A stretch of 64,000 nucleotides of DNA from Dehalococcoidia bacterium (GTDB taxonomy: Bacteria; Chloroflexota; Dehalococcoidia; GIF9; UBA5629), in the NCBI GenBank assembly GCA_034435835.1, contig DAOTWF010000002.1, positions 64,395-128,394 on the forward strand, given 5' to 3'. Shown piece by piece: positions 36,588-46,458 of this stretch. The notes beneath the pieces were generated by a model. It searched no databases. It saw nothing but the letters and a program-made list of their open reading frames with translations, and was not told the DNA's origin. The position numbers were made by a program, and so were the translations under genes. Numbering within the stretch: the first letter of the stretch is position 1; every line of letters starts with the position of its first letter.

Positions 36588-36836
36588 ATGAAGAAAAAGA
36601 GGAGCAAACGGAGAATAAAACACAGGGCTGCCCTACAGTCACAGACACCATCCCGTCCAACAACCACAGTCAGCCAGATGCCAAAAAGGATGGTAAGCAC
36701 AGGTTTAGCTGGACCGGATTTCCCAAGCATACAGAGGGATAAATACAAATACGTGCTGGCTGACCTACGATGGATCGGTGTCATAGCCATGAGCCTTTTC
36801 CTGATCCTGATCGTCCTAAGTTTCGTACTGGGCTGA
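36588..36836 (+). CDS. Small tail-anchored membrane protein (hypothetical)
   Basis: 82 aa. Highly basic N-terminus MKKKRSKRRIKHR and a single C-terminal TM, IGVIAMSLFLILIVLSFVLG. Confidence 0.4.
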   Translation: MKKKRSKRRIKHRAALQSQTPSRPTTTVSQMPKRMVSTGLAGPDFPSIQRDKYKYVLADLRWIGVIAMSLFLILIVLSFVLG

Positions 36837-36848
36837 AGGTACACCTGC

Positions 36849-37484
36849 GTGGATCTTCAAGCAAGCCGAGAACGACTATTTGAATCTTTGCGCCGTGAGA
36901 TCTCAGATAGGCGCGTGCTTTCAACGATGGAGCGAGTACCCCGTGAACTCTTTGTTCCGCCGGAATATTACCACCTAGCTTACGAGGATATTCCTCTAAG
37001 CATCGGCTACGGACAGACAATTTCGCAGCCGTTCATTGTAGCCCTGATGACACAAGCGCTGGAGTTGCAAGGCAACGAGAAGGTGCTTGAAATCGGTACC
37101 GGGAGCGGCTATCAGACCGCTATATTGGCTGAGCTGTCCCGATGGGTAGTCAGCGTCGAGCGTATCCCTGAACTCGCGGACTCGGCAAAAAAACTCCTTG
37201 ACCGACTCGGATACAGAAACGTAGAGATACATGTGGCGCGAGAAATCCTGGGGTGGCCGGAGAAAGCCCCTTACGATGCCATAATAGTGACCGCCGGGGC
37301 ACCGCAAGTGCCGACCATACTGCTGGAACAACTCTCCACAAAAGGCAGGATGGTGATACCAGTAGGATCAAGGTGGGAGCAAGACCTGCTCAAAGTAAGC
37401 AAGAAGGAAAAGAAGGTCGTGGTCGAAAACTTGGGTGGTTGCCGGTTTGTACCATTAATCAGCAAGGATGCCTGGGAAGACTGA
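36849..37484 (+). CDS. pcm: Protein-L-isoaspartate O-methyltransferase
   Basis: 211 aa. Motifs GQTISQPFIVA and VLEIGTGSGYQTA. Confidence 0.9.
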   Translation: MDLQASRERLFESLRREISDRRVLSTMERVPRELFVPPEYYHLAYEDIPLSIGYGQTISQPFIVALMTQALELQGNEKVLEIGTGSGYQTAILAELSRWVVSVERIPELADSAKKLLDRLGYRNVEIHVAREILGWPEKAPYDAIIVTAGAPQVPTILLEQLSTKGRMVIPVGSRWEQDLLKVSKKEKKVVVENLGGCRFVPLISKDAWED

Positions 37485-37495
37485 ATATGAACTGT

Positions 37496-38191
37496 TTATA
37501 TGCCAGCCCGAGGGATAAAGATCGCAGGAACACCCTCTTTGGGCACGAGCGCACCCACCGGGCAGATCTGCACACAGGCTAAACAGGCGTCGCAATCAGC
37601 CTCCGATAAAGGTTTGCCAGCAAAAGTGCTGACAACAGTATTAATCCCACGAAAAGCGAAATCAAGTGTCCCAGTACCTTTTTCCTGACACACCCAGACA
37701 CATTTGCCACAAAGGACACATTTATTGGGGTCATATATGAATAACCGGTGGCTGGAATCTACCGGCAGGTTCCTGGGTATTTGCTTCAACCGCCTAACCT
37801 TCAACCGCAGCTTGAGGCGAGAGGCGATCTCCTGAAGTCCACAATTCCTATTCTTGGCACAGTGAGCACAATCAAGTTGGTGATGGCTGAGTAAAAACTC
37901 AAAGGCAGCGCTCCGGAGCCGATGGACCCTAGGGGTGTTGAGATGCACCACCATCCCATCGGAGACCGGCTCGGTACAGGAGGCGACAGGCGCCTGCCTG
38001 CCTTCGATCTCTACGAAGCACAGTCGGCAGGAGGCAAAAGGGGGCACCACACCCCTAACCGCGCAAAGGTTGGGGATATAGAACCCGTTGTCGAGAGCTA
38101 CCCAGAGTATCTTTTCGCCCTTTCTTGCTTTGACCTGTACCCCATCGATATTTATAGTGACCAGCAAGAAAGTCCAACTCCTATTTGACAC
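37496..38191 (-). CDS. HoxU/NuoG-N-terminal-like iron-sulfur protein ([2Fe-2S] plus three [4Fe-4S] sites)
   Basis: 231 aa. Contains NLCAV...CRLCFVEI...C ([2Fe-2S]), HHQLDCAHCAKNRNCGLQ (His-ligated cluster), CVLCGKCVWVC and CDACLACVQICPVGA. The true start may be slightly internal (VTINIDG). Confidence 0.75.
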   Translation of the reverse strand: MSNRSWTFLLVTINIDGVQVKARKGEKILWVALDNGFYIPNLCAVRGVVPPFASCRLCFVEIEGRQAPVASCTEPVSDGMVVHLNTPRVHRLRSAAFEFLLSHHQLDCAHCAKNRNCGLQEIASRLKLRLKVRRLKQIPRNLPVDSSHRLFIYDPNKCVLCGKCVWVCQEKGTGTLDFAFRGINTVVSTFAGKPLSEADCDACLACVQICPVGALVPKEGVPAIFIPRAGI

Positions 38192-38272
38192 CTATCACGC
38201 GGGAAACTTTCACTTGTTTTAACTTGCCGCAGCACTGCAAACGCATTCTCAAAAACCCGCTTCACCTGTATT

Positions 38273-38854
38273 TTATCCCCGTCTAGACTTCAAAAACATC
38301 TCCTCTAGAAAATCTGCAATCCGGTCGACTTGGTTTGGAGAGAAACTTCTAACGCCACTTTCTATCTGCCTCCCGCTAACGATGGCTATCACATTCTTCA
38401 ACTGCACAGCGCTGCCATCTTCACTTCCCTTGCACACTTTGATCTTGGGGGCATCGCTCTGTTTGAACCCTTCAGCAAGCAGTATATCATACTCAGAACC
38501 AAGCAACCGCGCTGCCTCATTCAAAGAAAGTTCGCTTAAGGTGGGTTTGACCAATACTGCCTGTCCGGCGGAAACGATCAAAGTCGCCTCGCTGCCTGCC
38601 CGAATATGACGCCAGCTATCTTTATACGGCCTGTCAAAAGACAACTCGCGGGGAACATGTTTTATGGTCGCTACCCTGTAGCCGCGCGACTTTAAGTTCG
38701 CAATAAGAGCCTCTATTAACGTAGTCTTACCAGACTCTGATGCGCCCACTATAGCAACTATCGCAGGTGCCTGCCCAGTGATCTCAAGACTAGACATCGA
38801 CGAAACCATGAGGACGTCTGTAAGCCTTTCTCCAGGGCTCTCTTCTCGTAGCAA
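38273..38854 (-). CDS. mobB: Molybdopterin-guanine dinucleotide biosynthesis adapter MobB
   Basis: P-loop IVGASESGKTTLIEAL and RVATIKH. The start is uncertain: a TTG at 38854 with an AAGGGA RBS overlaps the upstream gene by 65 nt; alternative ATGs lie at 38809 and 38797. Confidence 0.8.
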   Translation of the reverse strand: MLREESPGERLTDVLMVSSMSSLEITGQAPAIVAIVGASESGKTTLIEALIANLKSRGYRVATIKHVPRELSFDRPYKDSWRHIRAGSEATLIVSAGQAVLVKPTLSELSLNEAARLLGSEYDILLAEGFKQSDAPKIKVCKGSEDGSAVQLKNVIAIVSGRQIESGVRSFSPNQVDRIADFLEEMFLKSRRG

Positions 38855-39257
38855 TGTAATCCCTTACCACCGCTCTGATTGCGCTCGCTGCCAGCTCCGC
38901 ACAATGATAGTTACCATCTGGCAGCCCCCCCAGCGCAGCACAGATATCCTGTCCGTCTATTCTCAGAGCCTCAGCCACATCTTTATCTTTGATCAGTTCA
39001 GTAGCCATACTTCCGCAGGCAACGGTGGCGCCGCAGCCATCTGTCCAAAACGCAACTTCAACTATCTTCGCCTCCTTCACCCTAATCCACATCTTCATTA
39101 ATTCGCCACAGCGACTCCTTACAGCAACAAAACCATCGGCGTCATCGATGCTACCTAGATTGCGAGGGTTCATCGCATGATCGATCACCGTTCCGGTATA
39201 TATTTCCCTCATTCGCGCCATCATCTGCTTTTCAAGCTCATCAAACTGGTCTCCCAT
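38790..39257 (-). CDS. NifU/IscU-like Fe-S cluster scaffold (N-terminal-domain type)
   Basis: Start placed at the ATG at 39257 behind GGAGGAG. Cysteine ligands lie in RSRCGELM, TDGCGATVACGS and YHCAELAA. Confidence 0.75.
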   Translation of the reverse strand: MGDQFDELEKQMMARMREIYTGTVIDHAMNPRNLGSIDDADGFVAVRSRCGELMKMWIRVKEAKIVEVAFWTDGCGATVACGSMATELIKDKDVAEALRIDGQDICAALGGLPDGNYHCAELAASAIRAVVRDYIATRREPWRKAYRRPHGFVDV

Positions 39258-39490
39258 TCCAGAACTCCTCCAATCGCCCGAATTCAGGAAACAAATATGT
39301 CGCCAGCACAACGACAACAGCAGCCTAATGTAGCGCTTAGCTCACTCTATCCTTAGCATACCAACCCTGCCAGCAATACGCAACCAAATTTGAGCGGCAC
39401 CATAAAGTCACTAGCCGCGCCGACTACCATACAGTTATTCCCCTGTGTACAAAGCCAGGCGCACTATGACGTGGCGAAGTCGGTGAGATG

Positions 39491-40951
39491 CTATCTCCTG
39501 AGCGTCTTTACAACCTGCCCGTCTCTGTTTCTTAAATTGACTTCGAGCGGCATCCCGCCTGGGAGAGCATGCGTGGCACATGCCAGACAGGGGTCATACG
39601 GTCTGAAAGCCATCTCCACCATATTTAACAGTCCTTCCTTAACCTCGGGACCCTTTACAAACCCCTGAGCCGCTTTCTTTACCGAGACACAGATAGGGGC
39701 AGCATTGTGCTGGGTGGCAACGATGAGGTTTACCTTGGTGACCAGTCCGCGGTCATCAGTCTCGTAGTGATGGATCAGTGTGCCACGTGCCGCTTCCACA
39801 CAGCCAATACCTACTTTCTTCAGGCGCAGGTTCATATTGCGTATGTCTTTGCTCGTCAGGAGTGGTTCACTGGCTATACGCTGCATATCCTCAGCAGCCT
39901 GCAGTGCTTCTATTAATCTCGCCCAGTGATAAGCCAGCGTGTGATGGCTTGGTTTTCCGCCAAGCCTGTCAAACATTTCTTCATATTCTTTCTGTGCCAG
40001 AGGAGTAGCCATACCGTTGGCTACATTCAACCGAGCAAGCGGACCAACACGATACAGCGAGGTTTTCTCTCCCTCTATTAGCCCATTCCAGCCCAGTTTC
40101 CTGAGATGAGTCAATCTGATATATGTCCATGGCTCAACCCATTCGCCTATATACTCAATATAGTCCTTCGGGTCAAACAATGCATACTGGTCGCCCTTGG
40201 GGTCGGTAACCCGTAATTTACCTTCGTAGAAATTGACCCTGTTGTTGGCATCCACCAGACCCATGTCGTAAATGTGCAGCTTGTAAGCATCATTCAGAAT
40301 CAGATCAAGGTACTTTTTCTCACCGAGGACAGCCTCTTTGAACAGCTTCAAGGTGAACTGAGCAAACTCCACAGAATCATTGGCTATGTCCCGAATCCAC
40401 TTCCTCTCCTCCTCGGTAACACCTCTGGGTACTCCACCAGGTAATCCCCCCTCGGGGTGGGGTGCTTTACTGCTAACAAGACGTATGATGTCCCGGCAGC
40501 GTTTCCTTATATCAATCACCTTCTTGCCGATGTCCAACCCTACTCTCCCGATGACTCCCAAGATGTTTCTAACCGCCGGGTCGGCATCCGGCCCGACCAC
40601 GAAGTCAGGTGCTGAAAGGAAAAAAAAGTGGATATAATGATCTTCGACCATGAAAGCGTTATAGTGCAGCTGCCTCACTAGCTTCGCTGCTGGCGTCGGT
40701 TCCACATTATAGACGTCATCAACTGCCTTGGTGGACGCCATATTGTGAGGAGTGGGGCAAACGCCGCAGATATTCGGGGTAATACGTGGCATTTCCTCCA
40801 CAGGCCTGCCAACGCAGAATCTTTCAAAACCCCTCAACTCCACCACCTGCCAGTAAGCATCCTCCACATTACCCTTGTTATCCAGAAAAATCTCTATCTT
40901 GCCGTGTCCTTCCAGTCTTGTAATCGGGTTTATGCTTATGTTCTTTGCCAT
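39491..40951 (-). CDS. [NiFe] hydrogenase large subunit, Mvh/Vhu-like (group 3c-like)
   Basis: 486 aa. N-terminal RLEGHGKIEIFL and CGVCPTPH. C-terminal DPCLACATHA followed by a cleavable-type extension of about 24 aa. Confidence 0.88.
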   Translation of the reverse strand: MAKNISINPITRLEGHGKIEIFLDNKGNVEDAYWQVVELRGFERFCVGRPVEEMPRITPNICGVCPTPHNMASTKAVDDVYNVEPTPAAKLVRQLHYNAFMVEDHYIHFFFLSAPDFVVGPDADPAVRNILGVIGRVGLDIGKKVIDIRKRCRDIIRLVSSKAPHPEGGLPGGVPRGVTEEERKWIRDIANDSVEFAQFTLKLFKEAVLGEKKYLDLILNDAYKLHIYDMGLVDANNRVNFYEGKLRVTDPKGDQYALFDPKDYIEYIGEWVEPWTYIRLTHLRKLGWNGLIEGEKTSLYRVGPLARLNVANGMATPLAQKEYEEMFDRLGGKPSHHTLAYHWARLIEALQAAEDMQRIASEPLLTSKDIRNMNLRLKKVGIGCVEAARGTLIHHYETDDRGLVTKVNLIVATQHNAAPICVSVKKAAQGFVKGPEVKEGLLNMVEMAFRPYDPCLACATHALPGGMPLEVNLRNRDGQVVKTLRR

Positions 40952-40975
40952 TTCTCCCTGCTCCTCGTAGTTTCG

Positions 40976-41941
40976 TTACGTTCTTTTTCGCACCAAAGCC
41001 GAAACAGGTGCCGAAAAACGATAAAGGTAGCCCGTCAGATCGTCCAGCTTCTCTACCAGCTCCCTGAACTGTTTCTCGTCCTCAACATCGAGCATGGAGG
41101 CCAGTGCAGAAATGAACTTCGATCCGGCATCTTTCACTCCCTCCACCGGACCAAAACAACCACGACATGGTATGTTTATTTTCATACAGACGTCTCCACA
41201 CCCGGAGCGAGTAGCTGGTCCCAAGCAGAGTATTCCCTGTGCCAAAAAACAGGTATCAGGGTTAGCCTCAACTTCGTGGATTCGCTTAACATCCTTCAAT
41301 GCAATCCTTGGGGGCTTTGTCTTGTTCCGCTCACAGGTGTCACACAGGGCTTTGTGCGGGGCAAGAGTCGAGCCCCTTGGCGGCAGCTTACCAGCAAGAA
41401 CCGCATTTACTGCGCTAGCTATGAGGTCTGGTGGCGGTGGGCACCCCGGAAGGTAGTAGTCAACATCGATAATTTGGTTAAGCACATAGACCTGCTCATA
41501 GAACTCGGGCAGTGTCAACTCTTTACCGTCTACCCTACACTTCGGCTGGGGGTAATTCCCTTTCGGGTTCACCACAGTGGGCGCATCCCGATATACCCAG
41601 TTGAATATATCCTCCTTTGTGGTGAAGTTCGCCAGCCCGGGCGTACCCCCAAAACAGGCACAGGCGCCAAAAGCGAGAACTAACTGTGACTTCTGCCTCA
41701 GCAGCCTTGCCACCTCTTCATGGTCAGAGTTTCTGACATGCCCGTTGATTATACTGAGTGCAATCTCTTTGTCTTTCATGCCTTCGGCATGGTGATACTT
41801 GAAGTCCATAGCCACGGGCCAGAGGACAAACTCCACCGCATCGGCTACCTGTAGAACAGCCTCATTCAAATCAACAACAGCCTCGTCGCAGCCACCACAT
41901 CCGCCCAACCAGCAAATTGCAATTTTTGGTTTGGTTGCCAT
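40976..41941 (-). CDS. [NiFe] hydrogenase small subunit, MvhG-like
   Basis: 321 aa. Proximal cluster ICWLGGCGGCDE, and distal clusters CDTCE... and CLGPATRSGCGDVC...CRGCFGP. Confidence 0.85.
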   Translation of the reverse strand: MATKPKIAICWLGGCGGCDEAVVDLNEAVLQVADAVEFVLWPVAMDFKYHHAEGMKDKEIALSIINGHVRNSDHEEVARLLRQKSQLVLAFGACACFGGTPGLANFTTKEDIFNWVYRDAPTVVNPKGNYPQPKCRVDGKELTLPEFYEQVYVLNQIIDVDYYLPGCPPPPDLIASAVNAVLAGKLPPRGSTLAPHKALCDTCERNKTKPPRIALKDVKRIHEVEANPDTCFLAQGILCLGPATRSGCGDVCMKINIPCRGCFGPVEGVKDAGSKFISALASMLDVEDEKQFRELVEKLDDLTGYLYRFSAPVSALVRKRT

Positions 41942-41959
41942 CTCTACTCCTCTTTGTAT

Positions 41960-42403
41960 TTATTTCTTCGCTCTGGCACCAGCCATCTCTCGGCTAGGCA
42001 ATCGTATGCGCTTCACTGGACCAAGCCTGCGTAGGGTCTCACTCATCTCCCTAACATAATTCGGTATTTGCTTCCCTTCAGGGTCTGTAGACAACACTAT
42101 ATGCACCCGCTCTGGCTCAATGCCATAGGAACTGAGAACCTTACGCAACAGGTGGACACGCTTTCTGGCTTCGAAATTGCCATCCTGGTAATGACAGTCC
42201 CCCTCAGGACAGCCCAGAATGAGCACACCATCAGCTCCACTCTTGAAGGCATCGATGATGTGCGCGGCATCTACCTTACCACTGCATATTATTGGTATCC
42301 AGTTCTTTATCTGAGCGGCGAGCTCAGCCTCGTCCCCCAAATAGCCCCAGCTGAATTTGCAGGAAAAACATACTAACTTTGGATCAAAGTTGCTCATATT
42401 CAT
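41960..42403 (-). CDS. MvhD-like hydrogenase iron-sulfur subunit
   Basis: 147 aa. Contains VCFSCKFSWGY, ICSGKVD and GADGVLILGCPEGDCHYQDGN, the MvhD/FlpD family pattern. Confidence 0.85.
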   Translation of the reverse strand: MNMSNFDPKLVCFSCKFSWGYLGDEAELAAQIKNWIPIICSGKVDAAHIIDAFKSGADGVLILGCPEGDCHYQDGNFEARKRVHLLRKVLSSYGIEPERVHIVLSTDPEGKQIPNYVREMSETLRRLGPVKRIRLPSREMAGARAKK

Positions 42404-42415
42404 CCTCCTGATTTA

Positions 42416-44206
42416 CTATAAAGAAGCATAGACTCTGTCAATTCTCTCATAGGTAGCATCGTCGACCATCTTCCTTGCGTCCGAGGGACAAGCAGCTACA
42501 CACATGCCACACGACTTACAGCGGAACATATCGGTAGTAGAGACGATCTTCCCTTCCCGTTCCACCAGATGCGCCGACTCATAGTTGCAGGAGTATACGC
42601 AAATCCCGCACCCGCTGCATCTCTCCTCATCGACTTCGACAGAATAGAGCGACTTTTCAAAGCCGATGGAGATACACGCTTTACAGGACACACAGGGACC
42701 ACAAGTGGCACACCGCCTCGCCTCCTCTATGGCCTCCTCAAGCGTCAGTCCCCTTTCAAACAACTGAAAATGCATTCTTTGCTCCGGTGGTATCCATACC
42801 ACCTCGGTCGGCGGCTTATAACGGGATCGCAGCGGAATATCGAACTTCTCATAATCCCGCCTTCTGCCCTCGGTCATATTGAGACCCCTGATATACCGAT
42901 GGATTGATTCCGCAGCTTCCATACCTTCTCTCATCGCTTCCACCATGAACCCTATCCTGCGGACATCACCGCCGATGTAGACATCAGGGAACTTGAGGCT
43001 CTGCAACGTATGGGGGTCCACAGCCAGCCTGCCCCGCTCATCAAGTAAATTTTCGTTCTCCAGTATTACCCTATCAGGCCCCTGTCCTATAGTGATTATC
43101 AGCACATCACCGCTCATTTCTACGGTATCCGACAGGTCAAATTTGGGGTTGAATCCCTGGTCATCAAACACACATGTACACTTGGGAGAGATTATCTTCT
43201 TGAACCTTCCAGCTTCCCCGATAATTTTTTGCACACCGCGCGAATAGACAATCTGGATGCCCTCCTCCCATGCACCCCTGATCTCCTCCTCATCGGCAGG
43301 AATACCATCCCTAGAGCTCTTATCCTCACACTCCAGACACACCATGGTTACCTCACCACCAAGACGTCTCGCCGACCGGGCGACGTCAAAGGCCACATTC
43401 CCCCCACCGATAACGATCACCTTTCTATACTTGAAATAGTCCGGCTCTATGTTCCCGTGGCTAATCTCATAAAGTAGCGTATGCCCGTACAGCACACCGG
43501 ACAGATCCTGTCCTTCCACTACCTTGCCATCGAAGGTTAACACCCGGGGGTAAGGGGTGCCTTTTGCCAAGAAGATAGCCTTATATCCCTGCATTCTCAA
43601 TCTTTCAAATGTGAGCTTGCCCTTGCCCACTTCAGCATTAAACTTAATATCTATGCCAGCAATCCTCACTAAGTTGTCGAGCGTGGTTCTCAGGACATCA
43701 TCGGGTAAACGGTAGTCCGGTATAAGCCATAGCGCCCCACCGAGTCTGTTCGACGCTTCAAAGATCGTCGGCCTGTATCCCTTCTTTGCCAGATAGTAAG
43801 CACACATCAGCCCGCTGGGGCCACCGCCTATGATGGCAATATTCTCCTTATCCTTGACTACGTTCAGCTCCTCTTTCTGATTCAGATAGTCAGTATAGTA
43901 ATCAGAGAGAAACCTCTTGAGTAGTCTCCGCCTGATAGACCCGCCTTTGGTCTTGTAGTTACACTCCAGCTCACAAAGCCCGCAGATATAGCCGCAGATG
44001 TTAAAGAAAGGGTTCTTTTCGTAAAGATAATCACCTATTTGGACGATGCCTTCCTTCGCCCTATCGATATCACGGGGCAGCAAAGAGATAAGCACATTCG
44101 TCCGCTGGATATCTTCGTTAATGGGACACCGTATCTGACAGGGGGGTAACAGTTGCTTCACTGCCTCCTCGACATGAGCCCCACCAGTCGTAACCGTTTG
44201 CCACAT
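42416..44206 (-). CDS. GltD/NfnB-like NAD(P)H-FAD oxidoreductase with C-terminal 2x[4Fe-4S] ferredoxin domain; first gene of the Mvh-type operon
   Basis: 596 aa. RBS AAAGGAGG. N-terminal Cys region (CQIRCP..., CGYICGLCELEC). Rossmann IAIIGGGPSGLMCAYYLAKKGY, then GGALWLIPDYRLP. Second Rossmann VIVIGGGNVAFDVARSA. C-terminal CATCGPCVSCKAC, CSGCGICVYSC and CKSCGMCVAACP. Confidence 0.8.
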   Translation of the reverse strand: MWQTVTTGGAHVEEAVKQLLPPCQIRCPINEDIQRTNVLISLLPRDIDRAKEGIVQIGDYLYEKNPFFNICGYICGLCELECNYKTKGGSIRRRLLKRFLSDYYTDYLNQKEELNVVKDKENIAIIGGGPSGLMCAYYLAKKGYRPTIFEASNRLGGALWLIPDYRLPDDVLRTTLDNLVRIAGIDIKFNAEVGKGKLTFERLRMQGYKAIFLAKGTPYPRVLTFDGKVVEGQDLSGVLYGHTLLYEISHGNIEPDYFKYRKVIVIGGGNVAFDVARSARRLGGEVTMVCLECEDKSSRDGIPADEEEIRGAWEEGIQIVYSRGVQKIIGEAGRFKKIISPKCTCVFDDQGFNPKFDLSDTVEMSGDVLIITIGQGPDRVILENENLLDERGRLAVDPHTLQSLKFPDVYIGGDVRRIGFMVEAMREGMEAAESIHRYIRGLNMTEGRRRDYEKFDIPLRSRYKPPTEVVWIPPEQRMHFQLFERGLTLEEAIEEARRCATCGPCVSCKACISIGFEKSLYSVEVDEERCSGCGICVYSCNYESAHLVEREGKIVSTTDMFRCKSCGMCVAACPSDARKMVDDATYERIDRVYASL

Positions 44207-44419
44207 AGTCAGCCTCCTTTAATTTTCAGATATTTCAACCGCCAGAAAACAGGCAAGGCCAAAATATATTACACAATCAAACCCTGACTATGCAAGATAC
44301 AGCGTTGTGAACAATAACGTAGAACTGCAGATAAGAAGAGTTTTGAGCCGTAACGGCAGTATCCTCGCTCCTGCTCAGGCGCAGACAAACTGAAGCCAGA
44401 ACAACCTACGAAGTCTCGG

Positions 44420-45886
44420 TCATCTTGTCAATTCACTCAAAACCGCACCATCTACGGAAACAAGCTGCACCACAAAAGGCATCTGCCCCAGGGCATGGGT
44501 CGAACAAGAAAGACACGGGTCATAACAACGGATAGCCACCTCGATTCGGTTAAGGATACCTTCAGTGACCTTGCCATTCTTTATGAACTCTTTAGCCACT
44601 TCATATACTGCCTTGTTCATCGCCCAGTTATTGTTCCCCGTAGCTACAATAAGGTTGACCTTTAGAATTTTGCCAGTATCGTCCACCCAGTAGTGATGGA
44701 AAAGAGTGCCACGTGGCGCTTCGATAACCCCCACACCCTGCTCATTATATTTGTCTGAGCCTACGATCAAGTCTGTAGCGCAAATATCCTTGTCCTCAAG
44801 TAGCTGCTGGGCCCTTTCCAAAGCATAAAGCAGTTCAATAAGCCGCGCATAGTGATAATACAGGGATCCCTCAACGATGCCGTTCTTACCCAACTGCTTG
44901 AAGTTTCTAAACTCAGATTGAGCGCGATATGTAGAGATCGCTTCGCAGACGTTCAAACGTGCCAATGGACCTGTTCTGTAGACGCCTTTAGGATAGCCAT
45001 GCTTCTTATAGAAGGGGAACTTAAGATACGACCAGTCTTCTATATATTCGGCAACTATCTCGAGGTAACAGGCGGGGTCAAACTGCTCTTCAAGAACCTT
45101 TCCCTCCGCATCCAACAGCCTCAATCTACCATCATAAAGCTCTAGGTTGTTGTCTTTATCTACCAGGCCAAGATAGCCAGTGGGGAAACTGGCGCAAGTG
45201 CAGGCTAAGTCCCTGTTTCTGTCATAGTATTCTTTGATTACAGCTATAGCTGTTTCGGCATCAGCTATCGCCTGGTCAACCTGTCTAAGAAAGCGGTCAC
45301 GTTCAGTGGGTGAAAATGCCGTATTCATTCCGCCGGGCACTGCACCATTGGGGTGAACCTTCTTCCCGCCGATCGCCTGGATGATTGCCTGCCCGAAGCC
45401 ACGAAGCCTTACACCTTTAACCGCAAGCTCGGGGTTTGCCTCGATCAACCCCACAACATTCCGTTTTGCCGGATCAGAGTCTAGCCCCAAAAGTAGATCC
45501 GGGCTGGCAAGGTGGAAGAAATGGAGGGCATGTGATTGAATATACTGCCCCATGTGCATCAGCTCACGAAGCAGCTTCGCTGGACGGGTCAGTTCCACGC
45601 CGAGAATGGCATCACAGGCTTTGGCAGAAGCCAAATGGTGGCTCACCGGACAGATACCACAGATCCTAGGAGTGATGACAGGCATCTCCCAGAATACCCT
45701 GCCTTCACAGAACTTCTCAAAACCACGGAATTGAGTTACATGGAACCGGGCGTCGGTAACATTGCCGGCGTCATCGAGATGAATGGTCACTTTCCCGTGA
45801 CCCTCCAGCCTGGTTACCGGATTTATCTCGATGGTTTTACCAGCAGTAGCAACTCCGCTGGCTCTTCCTGCAACTTTGGTAGTCAT
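44420..45886 (-). CDS. hoxH: [NiFe] hydrogenase large subunit, HoxH-like (group 3d-like)
   Basis: 488 aa. Contains [25 protein letters not shown], and C-terminal [10 protein letters not shown] plus an extension. Confidence 0.88.
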   Translation of the reverse strand: MTTKVAGRASGVATAGKTIEINPVTRLEGHGKVTIHLDDAGNVTDARFHVTQFRGFEKFCEGRVFWEMPVITPRICGICPVSHHLASAKACDAILGVELTRPAKLLRELMHMGQYIQSHALHFFHLASPDLLLGLDSDPAKRNVVGLIEANPELAVKGVRLRGFGQAIIQAIGGKKVHPNGAVPGGMNTAFSPTERDRFLRQVDQAIADAETAIAVIKEYYDRNRDLACTCASFPTGYLGLVDKDNNLELYDGRLRLLDAEGKVLEEQFDPACYLEIVAEYIEDWSYLKFPFYKKHGYPKGVYRTGPLARLNVCEAISTYRAQSEFRNFKQLGKNGIVEGSLYYHYARLIELLYALERAQQLLEDKDICATDLIVGSDKYNEQGVGVIEAPRGTLFHHYWVDDTGKILKVNLIVATGNNNWAMNKAVYEVAKEFIKNGKVTEGILNRIEVAIRCYDPCLSCSTHALGQMPFVVQLVSVDGAVLSELTR

Positions 45887-45898
45887 GTCTCACCCCTT

Positions 45899-46435
45899 TT
45901 AATCGAAACGCATCATATCGCTGGGTAAAACGGGTATCCTGCCCTCCAGCAGCTCCTTTAGAGCATAGAGGATCACCTTGGCATCTGGCGGACACCCCGG
46001 TACATAACAATCTACTTTTACCACATGGTTCACGGGCTTCACCTGATCCAGCAATGCCGGCACGCCTGGGGGACGCGGTATCTTCCCCTCATAGTTACTT
46101 TCAGCCTCGATATAGGCACGCCTCAACACGTCATCTTTGTCAAATGTACTACGCATGCCACAGACACCGCCAAAACAAGCGCAATCGCCCCATGCCATCA
46201 AAATCTTGCAATTAGCCCGCAGCTCCTTCAAAACTTCTTCTTCCTCGGTATTACCCACAGAGCCCTCCACTATGCCCACATCAACCGGTGAAAACTCCTT
46301 GACATCCGTAATAGGGCTCCGGGTGAATTCCACCGCCTTGACCAGCTCCACTATTGCCTCATCGATATCTAAAAATGACATGTGACATCCAGAACAAGCT
46401 TCCAGCCAGACTGTAGCTACCTTTACTTTCGCCAT
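45899..46435 (-). CDS. hoxY: [NiFe] hydrogenase small subunit, HoxY-like
   Basis: 178 aa, the short HoxY size class. Contains VWLEACSGCHMS and GDCACFGG. Confidence 0.85.
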   Translation of the reverse strand: MAKVKVATVWLEACSGCHMSFLDIDEAIVELVKAVEFTRSPITDVKEFSPVDVGIVEGSVGNTEEEEVLKELRANCKILMAWGDCACFGGVCGMRSTFDKDDVLRRAYIEAESNYEGKIPRPPGVPALLDQVKPVNHVVKVDCYVPGCPPDAKVILYALKELLEGRIPVLPSDMMRFD

Positions 46436-46458
46436 GGATATAACTCCCTAATCCTGCA

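Noticed and set aside
40745-41683. 312-aa plus-strand ORF.
   Set aside because: It is antisense to the well-supported hydrogenase small and large subunit genes. Its composition is low-complexity and Arg/Ser/Leu-rich, typical of shadow ORFs in genes of this composition.
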